Shown: piece after piece, positions 35,144-48,099 of the stretch | Layout of the letters: the number at the start of each line of letters is the position of its first letter | Numbering within the stretch: the stretch's first letter is position 1 | NCBI GenBank assembly: GCA_963758635.1 | Contig: CAVWWD010000005.1 | Location: 352,001-416,000 of the forward strand | DNA length: 64,000 nucleotides | Reading direction: 5' to 3' | Origin: an uncultured Candidatus Rokubacteria bacterium | GTDB taxonomy: Bacteria > Methylomirabilota > Methylomirabilia > Rokubacteriales > CSP1-6 | The notes under the pieces: model-generated | Told to the model about the DNA's origin: nothing | Database searches by the model: none | The model's input: the letters and a program-made list of their open reading frames with translations, nothing else | Translations under genes and position numbers: made by a program

Positions 35144-35156
35144 AAGGAGAGGAGGG

Positions 35157-36180
35157 TCAGCCCCCGCGCGTGTGCATCTCCAGCCTGGGGTCCAGCTTGA
35201 GCGCGCCGATCTGGATGAGGGGGCCGCGGCGGGGCATGGCGAGCCGCGCCTCGGCCCCGCGATCGTCGCGGGCAGTCCAGCCCTGCCGGATCAGGGCGGC
35301 CAGCTCCGCCGCCGACGCGCCGGCGCGGAGCGGCCCGCGGAGATCGGTGCCGAGGGTCGCGTACAGGCAGAGGAACCACGTGCCGTCGGCGGTGAGGCGG
35401 CTCCGGTCGCACGCGCGACAGAACGGCTGGGTCGTGGAGGAGATGATGCCGAACACGAGCCCGTCGGCGAGGCGAAACCGATCGGCCGGCGCAGAGCCGT
35501 CCTCGCGCAGCGGCTCGATCCCTCCGTAGCGGCGCTCGAGGGCGGCCAGCACCTCGGCTCGCGACACGACCTGGTCCATCGACCAGCCAGTGGCGCCGCC
35601 CACGTCCATGTACTCGATGAACCGCACCTCCGCGCCGACGCCGCGGCTGTACTCGATCAGGTCCGCGATCTCGTCGTCGTTGACGCCGCGGATCACCACG
35701 GTGTCGAGCTTGAGTCCGCGCTGGAAGCCGGCGCGCCGCGCGGCCTCGATGCCCTCGAGCACGTCGGCGTGGTCGTCACGACGGGTGAGACGACGGAACC
35801 GGTCGGCCTGGAGCGTGTCGAGGCTCACCGTGAGCCGGTGCAGGCCGGCCGCGAAGAGCGCCGGCGCGCGGTCCGCGAGGAGCACGCCGTTGGTCGTCAT
35901 GGCGAGGTCGCCGATCGCCGGCTTCGCGGCGAGCATCCCCACCAGGCGCTCGAACGTCGCGCCGGAGCAGCGGCTCCCCGCCGGTGAGCCGGACCTTGTC
36001 GACGCCGAGGCTCGTGAACACGTCGACGAGCATCGACATCTCCTCGAACGTGAGGACGTCCTCGCGCGGCAGCCACGCGTACTCCTCCTCCGGCATGCAG
36101 TAGGCGCAGCGGAGGTTGCACCGGTCGGTGACGGACAGGCGCAGGTTGCGGAGCGGGCGCCGGAGGCGATCGACGATCAT
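35157..36180 (-). CDS. moaA: GTP 3',8-cyclase MoaA (frameshift near 35960)
   Basis: [46 protein letters not shown]-terminal GG. Confidence 0.96.
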
Positions 36181-36185
36181 GACCG

Positions 36186-36491
36186 TCAGGGAAGCTCCAC
36201 GAAGACCTCGCCGGCCTCCACGCTCACCGGGAAGCACGCGACCTTGACCGCGGGGTTGTTGGCGTTCGCTCCCGTCGTCACGTCCCAGCGCCAGCCGTGC
36301 CATGGGCAGGCGACGAGCGGCCCGTCCATGTCGCCGTCGCCCAGGGGGCCGCCCCGGTGCGGGCAGGCGTTGTCGATGGCGTGATACGCGCCGTCCACGT
36401 TGAACACGGCGAGGCTCCGCCCGTTGGCGTCGATCACGCGCCCTTCCCCGGCGGGCACGTCGGCCGCGGCCGCCACTCTCACGCGAGGCAT
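36186..36491 (-). CDS. Rieske [2Fe-2S] ferredoxin
   Basis: CPHRGGPL...CPWHGW. Confidence 0.92.
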   Translation of the reverse strand: MPRVRVAAAADVPAGEGRVIDANGRSLAVFNVDGAYHAIDNACPHRGGPLGDGDMDGPLVACPWHGWRWDVTTGANANNPAVKVACFPVSVEAGEVFVELP

Positions 36492-38233
36492 GGCCCCACC
36501 TCCTGACCGGCCGCGACGGCAGCCGGGATCTCGGCCCGTTCCCACTCCTTGACGAGGCCTGCCTTCTTCACGCCCACCTCGAAGTGGTCCCACGGCAGCA
36601 CCTCGTCGAGCCTCCGGGCGCGGCGGGTGTAGAACGCGGGATCGCCGTCCCACTCTCGGAGGGCGCGCCGCCAGTCGCCCTCGAGGCTCGCCGCCAGCTC
36701 GACGAAATCCGCCACCCGACGGTCGCCGCGCGCGAGCAGCGCCTGCAGCGAGGCCTCGCGAGGGTTCTCGTGGAACACGCGGACGGTCGACAACCGCCCT
36801 ACCGCGCGCTTGATGATCTGGAGCTTGCCCTCGAGGCCCCGGGGCTCCACGAACGGGGCCCACTGGAACGGCGTCCAGGGCTTCGGCACGAAGGACGAGA
36901 TGGACAGCGTGAGCTTGCCGAAGGGCTGCCCCTCCGGCCCCAGCACCTGGAGCCGCTCGAGCAGGCGCGCGGCGAGGCGCGGGATGGCCTCCACGTCCTC
37001 GTCGGTCTCCGTCGGGAGCCCGATCATGAAGTAGCACTTGAGGTTCGGGATGCCGTAGCGGCGCACGAGGTCGCAGGCGGCCAGGAGGTCCGCGTCGGTG
37101 ATCGGCTTCCTGACGGCCCGGCGCAGGCGCTCGGTGCCGGCCTCGGGTGCCATCGTCAGCGTCCGGTGGCCGCCACGGGCGAGCGAGGCCACGAGGTCCT
37201 CGGTCAGGCTGTCGGCGCGCAGCGAGGAGATCGACACTTCGAGGCCGTGCTCCTCGAGCATCTTCATGAGCTCGCCGATCCACGGGTAGTCGGACACGCA
37301 CGCGCCGACCAGTCCCACGCGCCGCGGCCCGCCGGCCTCGCCCGCGTCCCGCGCGAGCGCAGCCACGGAGGCGCGGAGCGACTCCAGGCTCCGATGCCGC
37401 ACGGGCCGGTAGATCTGGCCCTCGAGGCAGAAGCGGCAGCCGCGGCCGCACCCCTTGCCCACCTCGAGGAGCTGCATGTGCCCGTACTCGGCCTTGGGGC
37501 TCTTCACCGCCGAGATGGTCTCGAAGCGGTTCACGTCACGCAGCCGGCGCTTGGTCACGATCCGCGGCACGTCGGGGCCGACGGGCGTCGTGGCGGCGAT
37601 CGTGCCGTCGGCGGCGTAGGACACGTCGTACGCCTCCGGGACGTAGATGCCGGGCAGACGCCCGAGCGCGCCGAGGAGCCGCCCGCGCGCCTCGGGGTCG
37701 CCGGCCGCGTACTCGCTCCGGTACGCGGCGACGATCTCGCCGACCAGCTCCTCCCCCTCGCCGACCACCACGAAGTCCATGAACGGGGCCAGCGGCTCCG
37801 GGTTGGAGAACGCGCACACGCCGCCCATGAGGATCAGCGGATGCTCGGGCCCGCGCGCGCGGGCCCGCGTGGGAATCCCTGAGAGCTGGAGCAGGCGCAC
37901 CACGTTCAGGTAGTCGCCTTCGTAGGTCACCGAGAAACCGACCAGGTGGAAGTCGGCGAGGGGCCGGAGCGATTCGAGGGAAAACGGCGCGACCCCGGCC
38001 CGCCGGTGCTCGTCCACGTCCTCGGGGTCGGGAAAGAAGACGCGCTCGCAGACCACGTCCGGGAGCGCGTTCAGGTGCTGGTAGATCGTCTGGAAGCCCA
38101 GGTTCGACATGCCCAGGGCGTAGGTGTTCGGATACACGAGGGCCACGGAGATCCGTCCGCCCCAGTCCTTGCGGACGGCGCCTTCCTCGGTGGCCAGGAG
38201 GGCCTGGGCTTTCTTCTTGAGCGACCAGGACAT
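36479..38233 (-). CDS. Radical SAM protein (B12-binding-like N-terminus; TIGR03960-related)
   Basis: [56 protein letters not shown]. Confidence 0.88.
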   Translation of the reverse strand: MSWSLKKKAQALLATEEGAVRKDWGGRISVALVYPNTYALGMSNLGFQTIYQHLNALPDVVCERVFFPDPEDVDEHRRAGVAPFSLESLRPLADFHLVGFSVTYEGDYLNVVRLLQLSGIPTRARARGPEHPLILMGGVCAFSNPEPLAPFMDFVVVGEGEELVGEIVAAYRSEYAAGDPEARGRLLGALGRLPGIYVPEAYDVSYAADGTIAATTPVGPDVPRIVTKRRLRDVNRFETISAVKSPKAEYGHMQLLEVGKGCGRGCRFCLEGQIYRPVRHRSLESLRASVAALARDAGEAGGPRRVGLVGACVSDYPWIGELMKMLEEHGLEVSISSLRADSLTEDLVASLARGGHRTLTMAPEAGTERLRRAVRKPITDADLLAACDLVRRYGIPNLKCYFMIGLPTETDEDVEAIPRLAARLLERLQVLGPEGQPFGKLTLSISSFVPKPWTPFQWAPFVEPRGLEGKLQIIKRAVGRLSTVRVFHENPREASLQALLARGDRRVADFVELAASLEGDWRRALREWDGDPAFYTRRARRLDEVLPWDHFEVGVKKAGLVKEWERAEIPAAVAAGQEVGPCLA

Positions 38234-38435
38234 GCGATCCCCTCGTAACTATGCCGTCGTGTATACCGATCTGTCAGTGTAGCGCAATCGACAAGGGCGT
38301 CACGGCGTATCTGGGCGGCTGGTCGAGCGACGGCAAGGACGGCGGAGGCGCTGACCGAAAGCCCGGTGGCGCGACCGTCGGCGGCGAGTGAGTCGACCCG
38401 GGCGTCAGCGACCGGGGCGCGGCGCGAGGGCGGCG

Positions 38436-38861
38436 CTAGACTCCCATGATCTGGACGTCGATCGTCCGGGACCGGGGGCCGTCGAGCTCGGCGAAGATGA
38501 TCGACTGGAAACGTCCGAGGGCCAGCTCTCCGCCCGTCACGCCCACGGCCACGCTGCGGCCGAGGAGCGCGGCGCGGAGGTGGGAAGCGGCGTTGCCGCG
38601 CTCGCAGTCGGAGTAGCGGGGATCGTCGTGGCGGTAACCCCCTTCGGGGACGAGGCGCTCGACCATCGACTTGAGATCCTCCACCAGCGCGCCCTGGAAC
38701 TCGTTCACGAACAGCGCGCAGGTGGTATGGAGCGAATTGACGAGGATGATGCCGTCCTTCACGTCGGCGCTCAGCAGGATGTCGCGGATCTGCTTGGTGA
38801 TGTCGAGCACCTGCGTGCCCTTCTCGCTCAACATCGTGAAGGTCTTTCGGACCACCTTCAT
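38436..38861 (-). CDS. yjbQ: YjbQ/UPF0047 family protein
   Basis: HTTCALFVNE, YRHDD, NAASHLRA, LGRFQSIIFAELDGPR. Confidence 0.9.
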   Translation of the reverse strand: MKVVRKTFTMLSEKGTQVLDITKQIRDILLSADVKDGIILVNSLHTTCALFVNEFQGALVEDLKSMVERLVPEGGYRHDDPRYSDCERGNAASHLRAALLGRSVAVGVTGGELALGRFQSIIFAELDGPRSRTIDVQIMGV

Positions 38862-38921
38862 CGTCTCCACGTTGACGCCCTCCGTGGGCCTATGAGCCTT
38901 AGGGTTCACGGCCAGCGCTCC

Positions 38922-39011
38922 TGGTGCCGAGGGGGGGAATCGAACCCCCACGGCCCGGGCAGGGCCAGCGGGTTTTAAGCCCGCTGCGTCTCCCAGTTCC
39001 GCCACCCCGGC
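38922..39011 (-). tRNA. tRNA-Leu(TAA)
   Basis: GCCGGGG...GCGGG-CT-TAA-AA-CCCGC, long variable arm, GGTTCGATTCC, CCA end. Confidence 0.95.
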
Positions 39012-39035
39012 ACGACGGCGAGCACCCTGGAGGCT

Positions 39036-39111
39036 TGGAGGCGGCGAGCGGATTCGAACCGCTGAATAGAGGTTTTGCAGACCTCCGCCTTAGCCACTTG
39101 GCTACGCCGCC
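39036..39111 (-). tRNA. tRNA-Cys(GCA)
   Basis: GGCGGCGTAGCCAAGTGG...GAGGT-CT-GCA-AA-ACCTC...TTCGAATCC...TCCA. Confidence 0.96.
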
Positions 39112-39158
39112 CTGTACGCCCCAAGGGTCCCGCGACGCGGGCCCCGAATCGGTTTCAA

Positions 39159-39233
39159 TGGAGCGGGAAACGGGATTCGAACCCGCGACCCCAACCTTGG
39201 CAAGGTTGTGCTCTACCACTGAGCTATTCCCGC
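39159..39233 (-). tRNA. tRNA-Gly(GCC)
   Basis: GCGGGAATAGCTCAGTGGTAGAGC-ACAACCTT-GCC-AAGGTTG...TTCGAATCCC...TCCA. Confidence 0.97.
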
Positions 39234-39264
39234 ACGAACGACACGCCGCCGAACAGCGCGGATC

Positions 39265-39293
39265 ACTGTAACAAAGGCCTCGCATGGTGTCAA
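39265..39293 (-). promoter_or_regulatory. sigma70 promoter of the tRNA Gly-Cys-Leu operon
   Basis: TTGACA-N17-TACAGT with TGn extension; the -35 overlaps the galT stop. Confidence 0.8.
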
Positions 39294-40321
39294 CGCACGG
39301 ACGCCTCGGGAACCTCGCCGCGCAGATACTTCGCCGCCACCTCGGGGGGCGTCGGATTGATGAAGAACCCCGTCCCCCACTCGAAGCCCGCCATCCGCCC
39401 GAGCGTGGGGATGATCTCGAGGTGCCAGTGAAAGTGGTCCAGGGCCCCGGTCTTGAGCGGACGCGAGTGGAGCATGAAGTTGAACGGCGGGTCGCCGAGG
39501 ACGCGGTTCATACCGCGCAGCACGTCTCCGAGCAGCCGGGCGAGGGCGGCAAGCCCGTCGGCCTCGATCTCCTCGAAGGCCGAGGCGTGATCCGCGGGAA
39601 GGATCCAGGTCTCGAAGGGGAACCGCGGCGCGAAGGGGGCCAGGGCGACGAACTCGCCGGTGTCCAGGACGACCCGGCCTCCGTCGCGGCGCTCCTGGCT
39701 CACCACGTCGCACCAGATGCACCGCTTCTTGATCCGGAAGTGGCGGAGCGCCCCCTCCAGCTCCTCCTCGACCATGATCGGGACGGTCGGGGTGGCGATG
39801 AGCTGGGAATGCGGGTGCTCGATCGACGCCCCCGCCCGCTCCCCGTGGTTCTTGAAGATGATCACGTACTCGAACCGGGGGTCACGGGCGAGGTCCCTGA
39901 TCCGATCCCGGTACGCCCCCAGCACGGCGGCCAGGTGCTCGGCCGGCAGGGTGGCGAGCGACGCCGCGTGGTCGGGCGACTCGATGATCACCTCGTGGGC
40001 TCCCACCCCGCTCATCCGGTCGTAGATCCCCTCCCCCGAGGGCTCCAGCTCGCCCTCGATCCGGAGGGCGGGGAACTTGTTGGGCACGACGCGCAGGGTC
40101 CAGCCGGGCGTGTTGGGGCCCGTGTCCGGATCTCGAACGGCGAGCACCTCGTCGGGCGTCCTCGGCTCGTTGCCGGGACAGAACTGGCAACTGGCGGGCC
40201 GCACCACGGGAGTCGCCGGCGCGCCGCTGGTGTGGCCGATGAAGTCCGACGGCCGCCGGGCGCGCTCGGTGGAGATGATCACCCACCGACCGACCACTGG
40301 ATCCTTGCGGAGCTCGGGCAC
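39290..40321 (-). CDS. galT: Galactose-1-phosphate uridylyltransferase family
   Basis: PELRKDPVVGRWVII, CQFCPGNE, VVPNKFP, GAHEVIIE, GASIEHPHSQ. Confidence 0.93.
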   Translation of the reverse strand: MPELRKDPVVGRWVIISTERARRPSDFIGHTSGAPATPVVRPASCQFCPGNEPRTPDEVLAVRDPDTGPNTPGWTLRVVPNKFPALRIEGELEPSGEGIYDRMSGVGAHEVIIESPDHAASLATLPAEHLAAVLGAYRDRIRDLARDPRFEYVIIFKNHGERAGASIEHPHSQLIATPTVPIMVEEELEGALRHFRIKKRCIWCDVVSQERRDGGRVVLDTGEFVALAPFAPRFPFETWILPADHASAFEEIEADGLAALARLLGDVLRGMNRVLGDPPFNFMLHSRPLKTGALDHFHWHLEIIPTLGRMAGFEWGTGFFINPTPPEVAAKYLRGEVPEASVR

Positions 40322-40326
40322 GGCGC

Positions 40327-40543
40327 TCAGGTGTCCTGCGTGGTTGTGAAGGAATGCGGATTCCGACTCCGCCGAGCGGGCCAACACCGCGATTCTGCGT
40401 ACACACGCGGGGCCGTCTCGCCATTCATTCAGGTCTCCTGCACGGTTGTGAAGGAATGCGGATTCCGACTTCGCCGAGCGGGCCAACACCGCGATTCTGC
40501 GTACGCACGCGGGGCCGTCTCGCCATTCATTCAGGTGTCCTGC
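40327..40543. repeat. Repeat family C: two tandem 102-bp units bounded by three TCAGGT(G/C)TCCTGC direct repeats
   Basis: Units start at 40327 and 40429, third boundary at 40531; diverged copy at 63555-63645. Confidence 0.92.
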
Positions 40544-41592
40544 GGGGACAGGGCGTCCGCGGACGGCAGGGTGACGACCGGGTCCTCCTCGGGCCGCGGC
40601 TCCCGCGCGAGGAGGGCGGCCAGCGCGGCGGCGGCAGGTCGGCCCCCGAAGAGCACGGCGGAGACCGCCTCGCAGATCGGCATCGGCACCCCGACGCGCC
40701 CGGCGAGTTCGAGCGCGGAGGCGACGGTCTCCACGCCCTCGGCGACCATCGGGGTGGCGCGTTCGGCCTCCTCCAGGCTCCTCCCCCGCCCGACGGAGAG
40801 GCCGAGGCTCCTGTTGCGGCTCTGCCCCCCCGTGCACGTCAGGAGCAGGTCGCCGAGCCCGGCGAGGCCGGCGAAGGTCCGGGGCGATGCGCCCAGGGCC
40901 ACGCCGAGACGCGCGATCTCCGCGAGCCCGCGGGTGATGAGGGCGGCCCGCGCGTTGTCGCCCAGATCGAGGCTGTCGGACAGGCCCGCGGCGATCGCGA
41001 TGACGTTCTTGAGCGCGCCGGCGATCTCGACGCCCACGACGTCGCGGTTGGTGTACACGCGGAACTCCGGCGTGGCCAGCTCGCGTTGCACGCGGAGGGC
41101 GGCGTCCGCGTCGGCCGCGGCCACGACGAGGGCGGCGGGCTTGCCGAGGGCCACCTCGCGCGCGAAGGAGGGGCCGGACAGGACGGCGACCGGCCGGCCG
41201 GGGAGCGCGGCGCCGAGGACCTCGGACATCCGGAGCGTGCGGCGCCGCTCGATGCCCTTGGTGGCGGACACCACCAGGGCGGCGCGTGGCACCGAGGGGG
41301 CCACGAGGCCCGCGACCTGGCCGAGGAACCGTGACGGCACCGCGACGATCACGAGGCCGGCGTCGGCCAGCGCGTCGGCCGCGCGCGAGGTCGCGATGAC
41401 CCGCGCGGGAAGCCGCACGTCGGGCAGGTAGCGCGGATTCGCCCCGAGCGCCTGGATCTGATCGGCCCGGTCGGCATCGCGCGTCCACAGCCGCACCGGG
41501 TTGCCCCGGCGCCCGAGATGGACGGCGAGCGCGGTGCCCCAGCTCCCCGCGCCCACGATGGCGATCGACGCGGGCGCGTCGCGACCGGTCAT
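40531..41592 (-). CDS. gpsA: NAD(P)H-dependent glycerol-3-phosphate dehydrogenase
   Basis: GAGSWGTALA, SATKGIE, LSGPSFA, GALKNVIAIAAG, GLGDLLLTC..SRN. Confidence 0.96.
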   Translation of the reverse strand: MTGRDAPASIAIVGAGSWGTALAVHLGRRGNPVRLWTRDADRADQIQALGANPRYLPDVRLPARVIATSRAADALADAGLVIVAVPSRFLGQVAGLVAPSVPRAALVVSATKGIERRRTLRMSEVLGAALPGRPVAVLSGPSFAREVALGKPAALVVAAADADAALRVQRELATPEFRVYTNRDVVGVEIAGALKNVIAIAAGLSDSLDLGDNARAALITRGLAEIARLGVALGASPRTFAGLAGLGDLLLTCTGGQSRNRSLGLSVGRGRSLEEAERATPMVAEGVETVASALELAGRVGVPMPICEAVSAVLFGGRPAAAALAALLAREPRPEEDPVVTLPSADALSPQDT

Positions 41593-42188
41593 GAGACGGC
41601 GCGCTCGCCGAGGCGCGGCTCGGTGCCGCCGAAGAGGCGCTCGATGTTCGGCCGATGACGCAGGACGATGATCGCGCCCGCGGCCACCGCGGCGCCGACC
41701 GCGGCCAGCGGGTAGCCGAGCAGGAAGACCCCGATGGGCAGCTCCACGCAGGCCAGGATCGACGCCAGCGACACGAAGCGGAAGCTCGCCGTCACGATGA
41801 CCCAGACCAGGGCGGCCGGCGCGGTGGCGAGCGGCGCCAGCACCAGGAACGCCCCGAAGCCCGTCGCGACCCCCTTGCCACCCTTGAACCCGAGGTACAC
41901 CGGCCAGCAGTTCCCCACGATGGCCGCCACCGCGCCGGCGGCCGCCCCCACCCCGGACGGATCGATCGCCCGCGCGAGCGCCACCGCGCCGTAGCCCTTG
42001 ACGATGTCCCCCACCAGCGTGAGGGCGCCGGCCATCGGCCCGAGGGTGCGAAGCACGTTGGTGGCGCCGATGGTGCCACTGCCGTGACGGCGGATGTCGA
42101 CGCCGCCCCGCGCGCGCGCCACGACGGCGCCGACGGGAATGGCGCCCACGAGATACGCGGCGACGACCGCGAGGAGGGTCAGGGCCAC
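41589..42188 (-). CDS. plsY: Glycerol-3-phosphate acyltransferase PlsY
   Basis: AYLVGAIP, DIRRHGSGTIGATNVLR, FKGGKGVAT, RHRPNIERL. Confidence 0.95.
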   Translation of the reverse strand: MALTLLAVVAAYLVGAIPVGAVVARARGGVDIRRHGSGTIGATNVLRTLGPMAGALTLVGDIVKGYGAVALARAIDPSGVGAAAGAVAAIVGNCWPVYLGFKGGKGVATGFGAFLVLAPLATAPAALVWVIVTASFRFVSLASILACVELPIGVFLLGYPLAAVGAAVAAGAIIVLRHRPNIERLFGGTEPRLGERAVS

Positions 42189-42754
42189 CGCTCCTTCTCC
42201 TTCACCAGGTCTCCCGTCTCCGTGCGGAGGAAGAAGCCGTAGAAGTAGTGGGCGCCCGACAGTACGGTCACGATGAGCGCGACCCAGAGAGCCAGCGTGG
42301 ACACCACGTGGAACGGCCACGCCTCCGGCGGCACCCCCTTCTCCACGATCAGGATGGTGACGGCCACGTATTGCGTGACCGTCTTCCACTTGCCGAGCAT
42401 GGACGCGGGCACCAGGATGCCCATCGACAGAGCCACGCCGCGGAGCCCGGTCACGGCCAGCTCCCGGCCGATGATCACCACCGCCATCCACACCTCCACC
42501 ATGCCGATGTGCACGAGGGAGACCACGGCGGCGGCGACGAGCAGCTTGTCGGCCACGGGGTCGAGCAGGGTCCCGAGCCTGGTCACCTGGTTGAGCTGCC
42601 GCGCGATGCGGCCGTCCAGCCAGTCGGTGAGCGACGCCGCCACGAAGATCACGGCGGCGATCAGCACGTTCACGCGCTCCGAGGAGATCAGGAACACCAT
42701 CAGCAGCGGCACGAGCACGATCCGGACGAGCGTGAGGGCGATGGGAAGGTTCAC
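42179..42754 (-). CDS. pgsA: CDP-diacylglycerol--glycerol-3-phosphate 3-phosphatidyltransferase
   Basis: TDWLDGRIAR...GTLLDPVADK, IGRELAVTGLR, GKWKT. Confidence 0.95.
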   Translation of the reverse strand: MNLPIALTLVRIVLVPLLMVFLISSERVNVLIAAVIFVAASLTDWLDGRIARQLNQVTRLGTLLDPVADKLLVAAAVVSLVHIGMVEVWMAVVIIGRELAVTGLRGVALSMGILVPASMLGKWKTVTQYVAVTILIVEKGVPPEAWPFHVVSTLALWVALIVTVLSGAHYFYGFFLRTETGDLVKEKERWP

Positions 42755-43527
42755 CGCCGCGCCTCCCGGCCGTCGAGCCGTCCTGGGGCGCCGGCCCCGG
42801 CCGCGCGCGGATCCGGCACGACAACCCCCTCGGCGAGGAGCGGCACCGAGTCGACGGACGCCACCGCGATGCAGGCCGCGAGGTCGGCGGCGCGGCCCGC
42901 GCGATCGAGCGTGCGAGCCCACGTCGAGTCCTCGCGCAGGCGTGACAGGTCGGCCCCGTAGTGCTGGCCGACGCGCCGCGCCGCCATCGCCCCGTCGGAG
43001 ACCTGCGTCGCCGCCCGGCCGGCCACGAGGAGGTCGACCAGGAGCCCCGCGCACACGGTGTCCTCGAGGGAGAGCTCGCCTGTCTCGCCCGCGCACAGGA
43101 TGGTCACGTCGCGGCCCTGCTCCGCCGCCCACTGCGCCGCCGCCTCGATGTTGGTGAGGGCGGCGACCGCGCCGACCGCGGCGGCGGCGGCGGCGAGCAT
43201 CGCGCGCGTCCCGTTGGTCGTGGTCAGGACGATCGTGCGGTCGCGCACGCGGCTCGGCACGAACTCGAGCGGCGAGTTGCCGAGGTCGAAGCCGTCGATC
43301 GGCTCCCCGCCCCGTTCACCGGCGAGGAGCGCCTGCCCGGGGGGCAGGCCGCGCGCGACCGCAGTGGCGCGATCGGCGTCGGGCACCGGGATCACGGCGC
43401 GGCACCCCGCCGCGCAGGCGGCCACCACGCTCGTGGTCGCGCGGAAGACGTCCACGACCAGCGCGGCGCGACCGGCGAGGCTCGCGCTCCCGAACTCCGC
43501 CGGCGTGAGCGCCACGTGAACCCGCAT
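42751..43527 (-). CDS. comB: 2-phosphosulfolactate phosphatase family (ComB-like)
   Basis: VVDVFRATT, LAGERGG, FDLGNSP, LTTTNGT, SLEDTVCAG. Confidence 0.9.
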   Translation of the reverse strand: MRVHVALTPAEFGSASLAGRAALVVDVFRATTSVVAACAAGCRAVIPVPDADRATAVARGLPPGQALLAGERGGEPIDGFDLGNSPLEFVPSRVRDRTIVLTTTNGTRAMLAAAAAAVGAVAALTNIEAAAQWAAEQGRDVTILCAGETGELSLEDTVCAGLLVDLLVAGRAATQVSDGAMAARRVGQHYGADLSRLREDSTWARTLDRAGRAADLAACIAVASVDSVPLLAEGVVVPDPRAAGAGAPGRLDGREARR

Positions 43528-43538
43528 GGAGTCGGGGA

Positions 43539-45665
<2,127 letters not shown>

Positions 45666-45673
45666 GGGCTCGC

Positions 45674-46870
<1,197 letters not shown>

Positions 46871-46965
46871 CGTGTTTTCTCCTTTCTCGTCGCCGTCGGG
46901 CGGTCAACCCGCCTGCCTACTTCCTTCCGGCGCCCGATCTCCCCCCCACGTCGGTTCTTGAGGGG

Positions 46966-47826
46966 TCAGAGCGTGATCTCGGTGCCGATGCCCTCGTTGG
47001 TGAAGACCTCGAGGAGGATGGCGTGCGGCACCCGTCCGTCGATGATGTGCGCTTTCGCGGCGCCGCCCTCGAGCGCGCGCAGGGACGACTCCACCTTCGG
47101 CAGCATCCCGCCGTCGATCACGTTCGCCTTGATGAGCCGCGCCGCCGCCTCGCGGGTGAGCGTCGACACGAGAGTTCGCTTCTCGTCGAGGATGCCCTGA
47201 ACGTCCGTGAGATGGATCAGCTTCTCGGCCTTGAGGCCAGCCGCCACCTCGCCGGCCACGAGATCGGCGTTGATATTGTACGTCTCGCCGGCCGCCCCGA
47301 CGCCGACCGGCGCGATGACGGGGATCATCCCCTGCTCCTCGAGGAGCCGGATGACCTGCGGGTTGATGGCCTGCACCTCGCCGACGAGGCCGATGTCCAC
47401 CAGCTCGCCCGTCTCCGTCCGGTGCAACCGCCGGGTGGCCTGGATCAGGTTCGCGTCCTTGCCCGACAGCCCGACCGCGCGCCCGCCGTGCAGGTTGACG
47501 AGCCCGACGATCTCCTTGTTGATCTTGCCGACCAGCACCATCTCGACGATCTCGACGGTCTCCACGTCGGTGACGCGCATCCCGCCCACGAACGTCGGCT
47601 CCTTGCCGAGCCGCTTCATCAGGGCGCCGATCTGCGGGCCCCCGCCGTGCACGATGACGGGCCGGATGCCGACCAGGTTCAGGAGCACCACGTCGCGCGC
47701 GAACTGCTCCTTCAGCTCCGCGCGCTCCATGGCGGAGCCGCCGTACTTGATGACCAGCGTCTTGCCCCGGAACGTCCGCAGGTAGGGCAGCGCCTCCAGC
47801 AGCACTTCCGCCCTGGAACTGTCCAT
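46966..47826 (-). CDS. argB: Acetylglutamate kinase
   Basis: VIKYGGSAM, VHGGGPQI, YNINAD, GGMLPKV. Confidence 0.97.
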   Translation of the reverse strand: MDSSRAEVLLEALPYLRTFRGKTLVIKYGGSAMERAELKEQFARDVVLLNLVGIRPVIVHGGGPQIGALMKRLGKEPTFVGGMRVTDVETVEIVEMVLVGKINKEIVGLVNLHGGRAVGLSGKDANLIQATRRLHRTETGELVDIGLVGEVQAINPQVIRLLEEQGMIPVIAPVGVGAAGETYNINADLVAGEVAAGLKAEKLIHLTDVQGILDEKRTLVSTLTREAAARLIKANVIDGGMLPKVESSLRALEGGAAKAHIIDGRVPHAILLEVFTNEGIGTEITL

Positions 47827-47903
47827 TAGATGGGGGGGAGCGGCGCCGCTCCTCCCCCATGCCCCCCCACCGCATTCTTCGTTTGCGTTGCGGGACACTC
47901 CGG

Positions 47904-48075
47904 GCTCATGGCCACCTCGATCCTCTCCGACCGGTGTCCCCGCCGGCAATGCACTCGCGTGGCGCGACGTGTCGCGCTCATTGCCACCGCAACCCGCTCC
48001 GACTCGTGGCCCCGCCGGCAACGCACTCGCATGGCGGGACGTGTCGCGCTCATTGCCACCGCAACCCGCTCCGAC
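47904..48075. repeat. About 2.4 tandem copies of a 72-bp unit between hslU and argB
   Basis: CTCCGAC at 47925, 47997 and 48069; shared CCCCGCCGGCAA...GACGTGTCGCGCTCATTGCCACCGCAACCCG. Confidence 0.9.
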
Positions 48076-48099
48076 TGGGGTCCCGTCTGCGACCGGCGC

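Noticed and set aside
38922..39011. tRNA-Leu(TAA) as a bldA-like regulatory tRNA in a GC-rich genome
   Set aside because: It is in the ordinary Gly-Cys-Leu operon, and I did not establish any TTA codon bias in particular genes.
38436..39233. tRNA cluster as an integration site for an island
   Set aside because: No integrase and no duplicated tRNA 3' end seen downstream; Gly-Cys-Leu is a common cluster near pgsA.
40327..40543. Three 13-bp direct repeats with regular spacing resembling a mini CRISPR array
   Set aside because: The intervening segments are near-identical rather than unique spacers, the repeats are too short, and there are no cas genes. The same applies to the 17775 and 47904 arrays.
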